From Acetobacteraceae bacterium (GTDB lineage: Bacteria; Pseudomonadota; Alphaproteobacteria; Acetobacterales; Acetobacteraceae), in NCBI GenBank assembly GCA_035511435.1, contig DATKFJ010000097.1, positions 1 to 53,095 on the forward strand: DNA of 53,095 nucleotides. Direction: 5' to 3'. This document shows, in pieces, positions 38,770 through 48,703 of this stretch; position 1 is the stretch's first letter; every line of letters starts with the position of its first letter. A program made the translations under genes and the position numbers. The notes under the pieces are model-generated. The model was not told the DNA's origin and searched no databases. It saw nothing but the letters and a program-made list of their open reading frames with translations.

Positions 38770-39483
38770 TCATCCCGCCGGCGGCGGTTCGATTACCGTT
38801 CCGGTGTACATCTCGACGAACACGAGATGGTCGATCACCTTGGTCACTCCCGGAGTATTCTCGGCGATCACGCAGAGCGCGCGGCGTTCCTGGTCCTCGC
38901 CGATGGTGCCCCACAGATCGACCACGCCATTCAGCACGGTGACATTCAGCGTCGTCTTCGGCGCCCAAATCTCCTTCACGAGTGTATCCAGGATGTGGTC
39001 TCTTATTGCTTTATCGTCTGGCGCGGTCCCGCCGTGACCGCGCGCCGCAACCGATAGTGCGCGCAACAGGTCCGCACGACTGACCACGCCCACCATGCGG
39101 TCGCCCCGCAGTACCGCCACTCGCTTGATGCGATGCGCCTCCATCAATCCGACAATGTCCTCGAGTGAAGTATCCACGGTGACGCTGAACACGTTCGGCG
39201 TCATCACGTCGGCGACCTTGCGGCCATGCGTGCGGGTGAAATCGGCCGCCTGCCGACCGGGCGAGACGAGCAGTCGCAGCCACCAGGATTTCCGACGTTC
39301 GGTGCCCAGTTCATCGCGACGCAATAAATCGCCCTCGGTTACGACGCCGGCCAGCGTGCCACCGGAATCCACAACGAACAGACCGGAAATGCCGCGGTCC
39401 AGCATCAACCCGACGGCATCTGCCACGGTCGCATCCGGTGCGACGGAAATGACATTGCGTGTCATTACATCGCTGGCGTTCAT
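38770..39483 (-). CDS. CBS-pair plus BON domain protein
   Basis: Two CBS repeats (MNASDVMTRNVISVAPDATVADAVGLMLDRGISGLFVV... and VADVMTPNVFSVTVDTSLEDIVGLMEAHRIKRVAVL) are followed by a BON-like C-terminus (LNVTVLNGVVDLWGTIGEDQERRALCVIAENTPGVTKV). Confidence 0.88.
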   Translation of the reverse strand: MNASDVMTRNVISVAPDATVADAVGLMLDRGISGLFVVDSGGTLAGVVTEGDLLRRDELGTERRKSWWLRLLVSPGRQAADFTRTHGRKVADVMTPNVFSVTVDTSLEDIVGLMEAHRIKRVAVLRGDRMVGVVSRADLLRALSVAARGHGGTAPDDKAIRDHILDTLVKEIWAPKTTLNVTVLNGVVDLWGTIGEDQERRALCVIAENTPGVTKVIDHLVFVEMYTGTVIEPPPAG

Positions 39484-39621
39484 CAGCCTGGTCCCTTTGT
39501 CCTGACGCCCCTCCGGTCGATGCGAAGGCGCTGGCGATCATTGGCTGGCTGCATGGCGGTCAGGCTGACCACGGCAACGGCCGCCAGGCCACTGCGCCGC
39601 ACAGCAGGACGATGCCGCGAC

Positions 39622-41028
39622 CTACCCACCGGCGAACTTGGCCAGCAACCGCGCGTGCGAACGGATACCGTGATGGAAGCAGCGCTGTTCGAACTTTTCG
39701 TTTGGGCTGTGCACCTGGTCATCGTCCAGGCCAAACCCTATCAGCAGGCTGTCGATGCCAAGCACAGTACGCAGCGATGTCACCACCGGGATCGAGCCGC
39801 CGCATCCCATCAGCACTGCCGGTTTGCCGTATTCCTCGGCGAGTACCGTCTGCGCGGCGCGCACCCAGGGGCTTTCCAGGTTCATCTCGATGCCGGGCGT
39901 GCGCGTGTGGCCTTCGTATTCCACGGTTGCACCTGGTGGCAGCCGATCGGCCACGAAACGCTCGAATTGCTCCATGACCTCGCCGGGATCCTGGTTTGGC
40001 ACCAAACGGAACGACACCTTCGCCGATGCTTCCGATGGGATCACGGTCTTGCTGCCGACCCCGGTATAGCCACCCCAGATGCCGTTGATGTCCGCGGTCG
40101 GTCGCGCCCACAGCCGCTCCAGCGCCGAATAGCCGCGCTCACCTGCGGGAGCTTCGAGCCCGATCTTGCCGAGAAATGCATGTTCGTCGAAGCCGAGAGC
40201 GTCCCACTGCGCGCGCTGCGCGTTGGAGACAGGTTTTACCTTGTCATAGAAACCAGGCAACTGAATGCGGCCGTTCGCATCCTGGAGTTCGCCGAGGATA
40301 CGGGTCAACGCGTTAATCGGGTTGAGCGCCGAACCGCCGTACAGTCCGGAATGCAGGTCGCGGTTGGCGGCCTTCAATGTCACCTGCGCGTACGTCATGC
40401 CGCGCAGCATCGTACTGATCGCTGGGGTATCGACATCCCACATGCCGGTGTCGCTGATCAGCGCGAGGTCACTGGTGAGCTCTGCCTTGTTTGCCGCAAG
40501 GAAGGGTTCCAGGCTGGGACTGCCGACTTCCTCTTCGCCTTCCACAAGCATGGTGATGCGGGCGGGGATGCCGCCGGCGGCTTCCTGCCATGCGCGCATT
40601 GCTTCGATGAACATCATCGCCTGGCCTTTGTCGTCCACGGCGCCACGCGCGACGTAACGCTTGCCATGCGGGCCATCGACAAGCTGGGGATCGAACGGCG
40701 GGCTATTCCATAATTCCAGCGGATCGACCGGCTGCACGTCGTAGTGCCCGTAGAACAGCACGTGCGGGCCCTGGTAGTTGGCCGGACCGGCATGATGCGC
40801 AACAACGACGGGATGACCACTGGTCGGTCGCACCTCGGCGCGGAAGCCAAGGTCGGAAAGCTGATCGCGCACCCATTCGGCGGCTCGCACGCAGTCCTGC
40901 CTGTGCGCCGGCTGCGCACTGATGGAGGGAATGCGCAAAAGATCGAATAACCGCCCGCGCGAGTCTTCGAGCGATGCATCGACGCGGCGCAGCACGGTGG
41001 CGATCGTGTCAGATAATGGTTTCGGCAT
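39622..41028 (-). CDS. M20-family dipeptidase / deacylase
   Basis: LLRIPSISAQP, LFYGHYDVQPVDP, ARGAVDDKGQ, LVEGEEEVGS and GCGGSIPV are M20/M25/M40 signatures. Confidence 0.9.
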   Translation of the reverse strand: MPKPLSDTIATVLRRVDASLEDSRGRLFDLLRIPSISAQPAHRQDCVRAAEWVRDQLSDLGFRAEVRPTSGHPVVVAHHAGPANYQGPHVLFYGHYDVQPVDPLELWNSPPFDPQLVDGPHGKRYVARGAVDDKGQAMMFIEAMRAWQEAAGGIPARITMLVEGEEEVGSPSLEPFLAANKAELTSDLALISDTGMWDVDTPAISTMLRGMTYAQVTLKAANRDLHSGLYGGSALNPINALTRILGELQDANGRIQLPGFYDKVKPVSNAQRAQWDALGFDEHAFLGKIGLEAPAGERGYSALERLWARPTADINGIWGGYTGVGSKTVIPSEASAKVSFRLVPNQDPGEVMEQFERFVADRLPPGATVEYEGHTRTPGIEMNLESPWVRAAQTVLAEEYGKPAVLMGCGGSIPVVTSLRTVLGIDSLLIGFGLDDDQVHSPNEKFEQRCFHHGIRSHARLLAKFAGG

Positions 41029-41048
41029 TGGCGGATCCTATGTAGCGG

Positions 41049-42497
41049 TCAGATTGCGGTTGGCACCATTCCCTCACGCGGGTCAATCGGCAGCAACTTG
41101 TCCAGGCCGATAAGCCGTTCAAGCAGCGCGGCGGATGCCAGCGCGCGCGCTTCCTGGCGGATCGGCGCCGTTATCTGTAGTCCTACGGGGCGTCCAAACC
41201 GGTCGAACCCGCATGGCACCGCGACGGCCGGACAGCTTGTCATGGTCACCGCGGCGTTCAACGTCGATGCGCCCATGTAGTCGGTAAGCTTCCTGCCGTC
41301 GACGTACTCTGGAAAACGCAAATTCACGTCGAACGCCGGCGTAGCCGCGCTGGGTGAGACGAAGATGTCGAAGGTCTCGAACATTTCGGCGAAACGGCGG
41401 AAGAACGCAGCGCGCTCACGGTCCGCCCAGGCCAGCCTACTCGGTGTCTGCGCCAGACCCTTTTCCGTGTTCCAGATGATGTCGGGCTTGATCAGGTCGC
41501 GATGCGTCTCGAGTTGAAGCTCACGGTCGACGACAAAATGCTGCGAGCGCAGCACCATGAATGCCTCCTCGATCGCGCCGAGGTCGGGGGCGAATTCCTC
41601 GATCACACAGCCCAGTTCCTCGAAGCGGCGCACCATGCGTTCGCAGATCTCGCGCGTTTCCCGATCCACCGTCAGTCTACCGCCATAGTCGGACGTATAG
41701 GCGATGCGGCGCGGCGGCTTCGCCTCGGCTACCGTGCGTGTGAATGACACCGCGGGCATGTCGAACGTCAACGGATCGTGCGGACACAGGCCGGCCATGG
41801 CGTCGAGAAACAGCGCCAGGTCAGGGACATTGCGTGCCATCGGTCCGTGTACCGACAGCGGCGACCACAAATTGTTCGATGTGCCGCGTGTGACGCGTCC
41901 AGGTGACGGACGCAATCCGACCACCGAACAGTACGTCGCCGGCCGACGCAGCGATCCGCCGTGGTCGGTGCCATGCGCCAGCCATACCTCGCCCGTGGCC
42001 AACGCAACAGCGCCGCCGCCAGTTGATCCGCCACACGTCAGCGACGTGTTCCACGGATTGCGCGTGCGGCCGAAGACCTCGTTGAACGTGCTGCCGCCGG
42101 CGCCGAATTCCGGCGTGTTCGACTTGGCAACGACAATGCCGCCCTTGCGTTCGATGCGCCCCACCACAGGATGCGATCTCGCAGGCACGTGATCGCGGAA
42201 GATCGGCGAGCCGTAGGTCGTGCGGACACCGGCAACGTCGGTCAGGTCCTTGATCGCCACCGGCAGCCCGCCTAGCCAACCCGCCTCGGTGTCCGCCGCC
42301 CGGCCGTGGTCATTCATCAGCCGTTTCGCGTGTTCGCGCGCGCGATCGAGGCACAGTGTGGGCAGCGCGTTCACTGCCGGTTCAACCTCCGCGATTCGCG
42401 CCGCCGCCGCGTCAATAAGGTCGAGTGGCGAGATCTCCCGTCGTTTAAGCCGGCCGACGGCTTCGGTGGCGGTCAGTCGGATCAATTCGTGGTTCAT
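41049..42497 (-). CDS. amidase (amidase-signature family)
   Basis: ATG at 42497 (MNHELIRLTATEA...). Contains LGGLPVAIKDL and the AS signature CGGSTGGGAVALATGEVWLAHGTDHGGSLRRPATYCSVVGLRPSPGRV. It lies 20 nt upstream of the M20 gene. Confidence 0.9.
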   Translation of the reverse strand: MNHELIRLTATEAVGRLKRREISPLDLIDAAAARIAEVEPAVNALPTLCLDRAREHAKRLMNDHGRAADTEAGWLGGLPVAIKDLTDVAGVRTTYGSPIFRDHVPARSHPVVGRIERKGGIVVAKSNTPEFGAGGSTFNEVFGRTRNPWNTSLTCGGSTGGGAVALATGEVWLAHGTDHGGSLRRPATYCSVVGLRPSPGRVTRGTSNNLWSPLSVHGPMARNVPDLALFLDAMAGLCPHDPLTFDMPAVSFTRTVAEAKPPRRIAYTSDYGGRLTVDRETREICERMVRRFEELGCVIEEFAPDLGAIEEAFMVLRSQHFVVDRELQLETHRDLIKPDIIWNTEKGLAQTPSRLAWADRERAAFFRRFAEMFETFDIFVSPSAATPAFDVNLRFPEYVDGRKLTDYMGASTLNAAVTMTSCPAVAVPCGFDRFGRPVGLQITAPIRQEARALASAALLERLIGLDKLLPIDPREGMVPTAI

Positions 42498-42603
42498 GCG
42501 GCATATCCCAATCAGGCGTCTTTGATCGTGCCTAGGGTCGAACCGTCGCGCCATCCGCCCTTATTGGCAATCGGGAAGGACTTGCACGCCTCGTGGAGGG
42601 CCG

Positions 42604-42903
42604 ATGGACGACCGGCATCCCATTGAAAATCACGATCGCGCGCCATGGCAGAGCGAGGCGGAGAAGCAGCAGGAAAAAAAGCCGCGTGATGCGATTCCAT
42701 CGGTTACTTTCCGCGGCCACGTCGACAGCTTTCAGCCTGGGACGGGGAGTGAGTTCAGCGTGCTGCCGGCCGAAAATGCCACCGGCAACTATGTGAAGAT
42801 CGTGCAGCGGCTGCCTGTGAAGATCGCCTTCAATGACGACCGATTGAAGAACTATCTGGTCGAGCCAGGCATGTCTGTGGCGCCGTACGTCCGGGTGAAG
42901 TAA
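42604..42903 (+). pseudogene. HlyD/EmrA-type membrane-fusion protein, 5'-truncated remnant (C-terminal ~67 codons only)
   Basis: ...VTFRGHVDSFQPGTGSEFSVLPAENATGNYVKIVQRLPVKIAFNDDRLKNYLVEPGMSVAPYVRVK matches the conserved EmrA C-terminus (NATGNxxKxxQRxPV). There is no TM anchor, coiled coil or lipoyl region upstream. Confidence 0.72.
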
Positions 42904-42904
42904 C

Positions 42905-43942
42905 ATGTCCGACTCGAGCCTGCCGCGCTCCGCCGCGGGTGTCCGCAGTCCATGGCTGATTGCAGTAATCGTTTCAGTCGCAACCTTTATGGAGGTGTTG
43001 GACGTCGCCATCGTCAACGTCTCACTGCGCCACATCGCCGGCGGCCTGAAGGTGGATTATATCGGTTTTGCACTCGTCGTACTCGGCTTTGGCGCGCTGC
43101 AGATCATGCTGGACCGTTACGAGATCGATGATGGATTTTCATCCGATTTCATCGTCAGCCTCGGCGCCATCGGCGCTGTCAGCCTACTGATACTCGTCGT
43201 TTGGGAGTTGTAGCATCCGCAGCCCGCGATGAACGTTCGGCTGCTGCGGTCGCGTGCGTTCGCCGTCTCTTGCCTGGTGATGTTTCTGTTTGGATTCATG
43301 CTGATCAGCACAACGCAGTTGCTGCCGCAGCTTACGCAGACGCTGCTGAACTACGATCCGACTACGGCCGGATTGACCCTTGGTGTTGGCGGATTGGCCA
43401 CGTTGATCATCATGCCGCTGGCAGGGGCCATCACCGGGCGGCTGGTGCAGGCGAAATGGCTGATCCTCATCGTGCTCGCCGGGACCGGCTGGGCGCTCTA
43501 CTCGGGCGCCTGGCTCGACCTCGATATCAGCTTCTGGAACATCGCGATGCTGCGGCTGACGCAGGTGGTTTGGCTGCCGTTCGTCTTCATCCCGCTAAGT
43601 GCGGTTTCCTATGTTGGCGTGCCGCCGAGCCGAACCAATGATGCCTCGGCGATGATCAATCTGATGCGCAATCTGGGCGGCAGTGTCGGCGTGTCGTTCA
43701 CTACGACGATGCTGGAGGACCAGCTGCAGTTTCATCATGAGCGGCTGGCCGAACCCATCACCGCATATAATGGTTACGCCTGGAACACGCCGCTGGCGCC
43801 GATCGATGCGATAATACAGGCACAGGCCGGGATCATGAGCTATCTCGACATATTCTGGTTATTGGGCATGCTGGGGCTGTGCATCTGGCCGCTGGCGCTG
43901 CTCCTGCCACGAATGCCGAAGGGGGCGGCGCCGGCGCATTGA
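42905..43942 (+). pseudogene. EmrB/QacA-type (DHA2) MFS efflux pump with an internal in-frame deletion and a nonsense codon
   Basis: TM1 (ATFMEVLDVAIVNVSLRHIAGGL) is joined directly, at about 43049, to the mid-protein segment (VDYIGFALVVLGFGALQIMLDRYE). About 160 codons (TM2-6) are therefore missing. An in-frame TAG at 43211-43213 (VVWEL*HPQP) follows, and the same frame continues through the C-terminal half to 43942. Confidence 0.8.
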
Positions 43943-43960
43943 CCTCGGGAAGGGCGCGTC

Positions 43961-44878
43961 ATGGCGTTGAAAGACCACATTGCGTTCGGCATGTCGCTGC
44001 CACACCGCTCGCCTGACAGGATCGACATGAAGGATGTCCGCGCGGTCGCGCAGCGCGCCGAGGCGCTGGGGTTTCGCGATCTGTGGGTAACCGAAAACAC
44101 TCTGGATCATGTGACGTGTTTCGATCCCGTCGTGGTGCTGACTTATGCGGCCGCGGTTACCAGCCGAATTCGTGTCGGTGCATCGGTTGTTGTGCTGGCG
44201 ATCCACAGCCCGATGATGGTGGCACATCAATGGGCGACGTTGGATACTGTCAGCAACGGGCGCGCGATCCTCGGGGTTGGATTGGGGCGCGAGCATCATT
44301 ACCGGGAGTTCGCTGTACCTCAGGATCGCCGGGTGCGGCGGTTCCGCGAGGAAGTGGAGCTGATCAGGGCGCTATGGACACAACAGACGTTGGATTACCG
44401 CGGCAGGTTCTACCAGTTGGAAGGCGCCACAATGTCTCCTAAACCGGTGCAACAGCCGCTGCCAATCTGGATGGGCGTCGGTCATCCCGACGCAGTGCGC
44501 CGAGCAGGTACGATGGCCGATGGGTGGATGGGATCGGGCGGGTCGAGCATCGCCGAATTCGGCCGCTCGGTGCCTGTGCTGCGTGAGGCATTGGTGCAGG
44601 CAGGTCGCGATGTTGGGAGTTTTCCGATCTCGAAGCGGATCTTCATGGCGGTGGACGAGCGGCCGGAGGTGGCGCGTGCTGAACTGAATCGCTGGTTCAC
44701 CGAGGTGTACCATAACCCGGCGGGCACCGATGCATCGGGTATCCATGGCACGCCGGAACAGGTCCGCGAGAAGTTGGAAGAAGTGGTTGCGATGGGCGCC
44801 AATCACCTGTTGCTGAACCCGGTGTCACGGCACGTGGAGCAGCTGGAGGCATTGGCAGAGGTTGTTGGATTGGCATAG
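43961..44878 (+). CDS. LLM-class (luciferase-like) flavin/F420-dependent oxidoreductase
   Basis: ...AEALGFRDLWVTENTLDH..., DTVSNGRAILGVGLG and GTPEQVREKLEEVVAMGANHLLL are the typical LLM TIM-barrel pattern. Confidence 0.87.
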   Translation: MALKDHIAFGMSLPHRSPDRIDMKDVRAVAQRAEALGFRDLWVTENTLDHVTCFDPVVVLTYAAAVTSRIRVGASVVVLAIHSPMMVAHQWATLDTVSNGRAILGVGLGREHHYREFAVPQDRRVRRFREEVELIRALWTQQTLDYRGRFYQLEGATMSPKPVQQPLPIWMGVGHPDAVRRAGTMADGWMGSGGSSIAEFGRSVPVLREALVQAGRDVGSFPISKRIFMAVDERPEVARAELNRWFTEVYHNPAGTDASGIHGTPEQVREKLEEVVAMGANHLLLNPVSRHVEQLEALAEVVGLA

Positions 44879-44888
44879 GGGGAAAACG

Positions 44889-45797
44889 ATGGAAACGGTT
44901 GTTGGAAGTGGCAAGCACACCTACAAAGTGCACGAGGATTGGGCGCACGCGCCGGCGGAAGTGGACCTGAAGCCGGCAGCGGTTACCGTCGGGCCAGAGG
45001 ACCGGGTGTACTGTTTCAATCGGGTCGCAGACCATCCGATTGTCGTGTTCGATCGGGACGGCAACTTTCTGTCGTCGTGGGGCGCGGGGATGTTCAAGTT
45101 TCCGCACGCGATCCGTTTCGACGCACAGGGTTTCGCCTGGCTTACCGACGGACATCATCAGCAGTTCATGAAATTCACGCCCGAAGGGAAACTGCTGCAA
45201 ACCATTGGCGTGAAGGGACATCGATCGGATACCGGCGTGCCGGATGACGACTTCAGTTCGGTTGCATGGAAGAAGGTGACGCACGGCGGGGGGCCGTTCA
45301 ATCTGCCAACCGACATCGCATTTACACCGGACGGTTCGATGTTCATGAGCGACGGCTACGGCAATTCGCGTGTGCACAAGTACTCTGCTGATGCGCAGTA
45401 TCTGTTTTCATGGGGGGAGCCGGGCAACGCGCCGGGACAGTTCAACCTGCCGCATGGCGTATGGATTGATCGGCGCGGCCGGCTGCTTGTGGCCGATCGC
45501 GAGAACGATCGCGTGCAGGTCTTTGATCAGGACGGTAAGCTGCTGGAGGTCTGGCCTGTTGAACTGATCGGGCCGGCGTTCTTTTACGTTGATGACGATG
45601 ACATCGTGTACATCGCCGAGCACAACGGCGGCATGATCAGCATTCTGACGCTCGATGGCGAGCGGCTGGCGCGTTGGGGTAATCCGATCCACCGCTCGTG
45701 CCATGGGATCTGGGGTGATTCGCGAGGCGATATCTACGTCGTGCAGCCCGGCGAGTGGGGACGTGTGCGACGTGTGGTGAAATTCGAGCGGGTGTAG
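44889..45797 (+). CDS. NHL-repeat beta-propeller protein (peptidyl-alpha-hydroxyglycine amidating-lyase-like)
   Basis: ATG at 44889 is 10 nt after the LLM stop. Repeated blades are seen (FKFPHAIRFDAQG, FNLPTDIAFTPDG, FNLPHGVWIDRRGRLLVADRENDRVQVFDQDGKLL). Confidence 0.83.
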   Translation: METVVGSGKHTYKVHEDWAHAPAEVDLKPAAVTVGPEDRVYCFNRVADHPIVVFDRDGNFLSSWGAGMFKFPHAIRFDAQGFAWLTDGHHQQFMKFTPEGKLLQTIGVKGHRSDTGVPDDDFSSVAWKKVTHGGGPFNLPTDIAFTPDGSMFMSDGYGNSRVHKYSADAQYLFSWGEPGNAPGQFNLPHGVWIDRRGRLLVADRENDRVQVFDQDGKLLEVWPVELIGPAFFYVDDDDIVYIAEHNGGMISILTLDGERLARWGNPIHRSCHGIWGDSRGDIYVVQPGEWGRVRRVVKFERV

Positions 45798-45820
45798 CTC
45801 CGGATCACCAAACCCATCGA

Positions 45821-47215
45821 TCATGCGGGTAGGGTCAGCGAGATCAACTCGCGTGCGGCTCCATCGATGCGATCGAGCTTACGGCAGGTGTCGATCAGAC
45901 TCGCGAACTGTGTTGCGGGAATGCCAAGTCCGGGGGCAACGGGCTGGATGCGCCTCGCTTGCTCTTCGAAGTCCCAGATGAACTCGCGGCCAGTGCCTTC
46001 TCTGGTGAAACTGCGTCCGTCTTTGGTGAAGATGGTAACGCGTGGGCCGAACAAAGTTCGACCAACTGTCGGGATCAGTGTCACCCGATGCATCAGATCC
46101 AGCACTTCCGGCGGGTCCGTTTCGCCCGGGGCCGGTTGGCCGGCGCGCAGCAGAGGATAGCCACGCGTCACGGCGCCGTACGCCGAAAAATACTGCGTGC
46201 TGCCGACGCGCGGCCGGCCATCGCTGCCGGGTGTGGGGAAGGCGGGGCTTGGGTATTCTGTCTCGAGCCAGTTCACCACGGCCTCGATGCGATCGATGTC
46301 GTGGTAGAGAAGGTCGTGTTCAGCGCACAGCTTCGCCGTCACGTCGACATGGGCGATATTGTAACCAGCGGTCGAATAGATGCGGTAGAGCGTTTCGAGA
46401 AAGATCCAGTCCCGGCCAAGGTTTTTGGTGATGCTGTTGAGATCGGTACGGTTGTGGCCGGTGTAGCTGTAGCGCAGCTGACCGAGGTTGTTGCCGGTGT
46501 AGGCGTGGTAGAAGCCCGCATCGCCTTCCAGCGTTGTTTCGCCGCCGGGCGTGCCGTGTTTTGCCATTGCCACGGCGAGCAAGGCATTGCGGACGGCGCC
46601 CCCCTCACGCAGGGACCGCCCGCCGCTGCGCGCGCCCTCCAGGTTGCCGGCCGCCAGGTTGACGCACTGAGCGATCGCGCTGTTGAGTTGGTCTGCATCG
46701 AGGCCCTGGATTTTCGCCGCCGCGACCGCTGCGCCGAAGATGCCGAACACTGGGCCGGCATGGAATCCGCGCGACATGACTGTCGGGATGAATTCCGCGG
46801 CCATGCGCTCCATAACCTCATAACCTGCGGCGACTGCGGTGAGGAATGTCGCGCCGGAGCACTGGGTTATTTCCGCCGCGACTAGCGCCGCGGGAAGGAT
46901 CGCCGTGCCGGGGTGCGTGAGCATGCGGAACGTGTCCCACTTGCCGCCGGCGAGGATCATTTCCGCATTGACGAAAGCGGCGCCGCTTTTGGTCAGTTTG
47001 CTGCCGTGGCACAGCACCGTCGCTATGCCGCCGCCGCCGGATTCTTCCTCCTGCATCAGGGCCAGGGCTTGTCTGCTGGCAGGCATGTCGTGGGCGACCA
47101 GCGCGGAGGCCAGTGCCTGGAGCGTGACGCCCTTGGCGCGGTCCACGACCTGGGGCGGCAGGTCGCCGTATTGGAGGTTGGCGACGAATGTTGCGAACTG
47201 CCGGCTCAATGACAT
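45821..47215 (-). CDS. MmgE/PrpD-family protein (2-methylcitrate dehydratase-like)
   Basis: MSLSRQFATFVANLQYGDLPPQVVDRAKGVTLQALASAL... over 464 aa is the characteristic PrpD N-terminal pattern. Confidence 0.9.
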   Translation of the reverse strand: MSLSRQFATFVANLQYGDLPPQVVDRAKGVTLQALASALVAHDMPASRQALALMQEEESGGGGIATVLCHGSKLTKSGAAFVNAEMILAGGKWDTFRMLTHPGTAILPAALVAAEITQCSGATFLTAVAAGYEVMERMAAEFIPTVMSRGFHAGPVFGIFGAAVAAAKIQGLDADQLNSAIAQCVNLAAGNLEGARSGGRSLREGGAVRNALLAVAMAKHGTPGGETTLEGDAGFYHAYTGNNLGQLRYSYTGHNRTDLNSITKNLGRDWIFLETLYRIYSTAGYNIAHVDVTAKLCAEHDLLYHDIDRIEAVVNWLETEYPSPAFPTPGSDGRPRVGSTQYFSAYGAVTRGYPLLRAGQPAPGETDPPEVLDLMHRVTLIPTVGRTLFGPRVTIFTKDGRSFTREGTGREFIWDFEEQARRIQPVAPGLGIPATQFASLIDTCRKLDRIDGAARELISLTLPA

Positions 47216-47348
47216 GGCCGCTTCCCTTTGTGCAAAGCGCGATTGCGATGTAGCTTCGGGCCGGCCAAGGACTTTGTCTAATCGGAGCGAACGGTGAACT
47301 TCACCAGGTTGGTGTACACTGGCTCATTCGCTGCCACAGGGAGGCCTG

Positions 47349-48104
47349 ATGAACATCCGATTCGATGGCAAAACCGTCGCTATCACCGGTGCAGGACACG
47401 GTTTCGGCCGGTGCATCGCACAGACATTCGCGCATCTCGGCGCGCGCGTGTTCGCCACCGACATATCCGCCGCGGAACTCGATGAGACCGCGGCACCCGG
47501 TGGCATCACCACGAAGGTCGTCAACTTGCGCGACCGTGCCGCAGGCACCGCCTGGATACGTCAGATCGAGACCCTAACCGACGGTCCCCTCCATGTACTG
47601 GTCAACAACGCCGGCGGCGTCGGCGGACAGGGGCCCAAACCACTGGAAGACGTGTCCGACGAAGACTGGAACGTGCTGTTCGACATCAACGTCAACGCCG
47701 CATTCACGCTGTGCCGGGCGGCGGCGCCGGCGATGAAGCGGGCCGGCGGCGGGCGCATCGTCAACACCAGTTCAGGCGCAGGACTGCAACCGTCGCTGAC
47801 CGGCATCCAGGCCTATTGCAGCGCGAAGCATGCGGTGGTTGGGCTGACACGCCAACTCGCACACGAATTCGGGCCATACAACATCACCGTGAATTCCGTT
47901 GCCCCGGGATTTATCCGCACGAATGAAGCGACGGAGAAGCAGTGGGAAAGCTACGGCGCCGACGGACAGAAGGCATTGGTACAACGCATCGCCATGCAAC
48001 GACTCGGCAGCGCACAGGACATTGCCAATGCCGTGGTGTTCTTCGCCTCCGACCTGGCCGGGTTCGTCAACGGTCAAATCCTGCAGGTTGACGGCGGCCG
48101 CTGA
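47349..48104 (+). CDS. SDR-family oxidoreductase
   Basis: TGAGHGFG (TGxxxGxG), NNAG, and the catalytic YCSAK with upstream Ser. Confidence 0.92.
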   Translation: MNIRFDGKTVAITGAGHGFGRCIAQTFAHLGARVFATDISAAELDETAAPGGITTKVVNLRDRAAGTAWIRQIETLTDGPLHVLVNNAGGVGGQGPKPLEDVSDEDWNVLFDINVNAAFTLCRAAAPAMKRAGGGRIVNTSSGAGLQPSLTGIQAYCSAKHAVVGLTRQLAHEFGPYNITVNSVAPGFIRTNEATEKQWESYGADGQKALVQRIAMQRLGSAQDIANAVVFFASDLAGFVNGQILQVDGGR

Positions 48105-48703
48105 TCTTCTACCGCCGCGCCACTGTCGGTGATCACCGACATGCGCATTTGGTCGCCCTCACCGGCAATGACCATGACGTCCGTCGGCGCGCCGCCGCTC
48201 TTCACGTAGTTGCCCAGAGCGGTGCAAAAATAGCTGTTGCACACGTCGGATCGAAGAGAGCGGTCCAGCGTGCAGCCCTGTGCACCATGGAACACGCACG
48301 AGCCGTCGTAGCCGGCCGAGGGCACTTGCTCGACGTATAGCCGCAGCACCGCGCGCGCATCCAGTTCTTCACGCGCACGCCGCACGCGCGCCATCGTGCG
48401 TTCGTCCAGGTAGGCGTGATCGCCGCCGCCCTTGCAGCACCAACCTCTGCACAAGGAGCAAGCGGTGCGTGCGACCTCGCCAGTAAAGCCATCGGGCTCC
48501 GGCCGCAGCGGAGAGGCCGAGCCTACGGGGTCCCTCATCGTGCGCATCGCACGCAACGACGCAACCAGATGCTTGCGGAGCCGCCGGACACGCTCCACCG
48601 ATGTCGGCGCCAACGCCTTCTGATTGAGCGGTACGACGACGGCCTGGCTGCCGTCGGTCGAGGCGGCGTCGCCCGCGGTGAATGTGAAATGTCGTGTCGC
48701 CAT
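48074..48703 (-). CDS. Cys-cluster protein, YkgJ/UPF0153-like (putative Zn/Fe-chelating domain)
   Basis: ATG at 48703 gives 209 aa: MATRHFTFTAGD...ACSLCRGWCCKGGGDHAYLDE...GSCVFHGAQGCTLDRSLRSDVCNSYFC... (CxxCxxxCC plus a second Cys group). Coding-like codon bias. The rest of the 447-aa track ORF is antisense to the nucleoside hydrolase gene. Weak SD. Confidence 0.6.
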   Translation of the reverse strand: MATRHFTFTAGDAASTDGSQAVVVPLNQKALAPTSVERVRRLRKHLVASLRAMRTMRDPVGSASPLRPEPDGFTGEVARTACSLCRGWCCKGGGDHAYLDERTMARVRRAREELDARAVLRLYVEQVPSAGYDGSCVFHGAQGCTLDRSLRSDVCNSYFCTALGNYVKSGGAPTDVMVIAGEGDQMRMSVITDSGAAVEDQRPPSTCRI

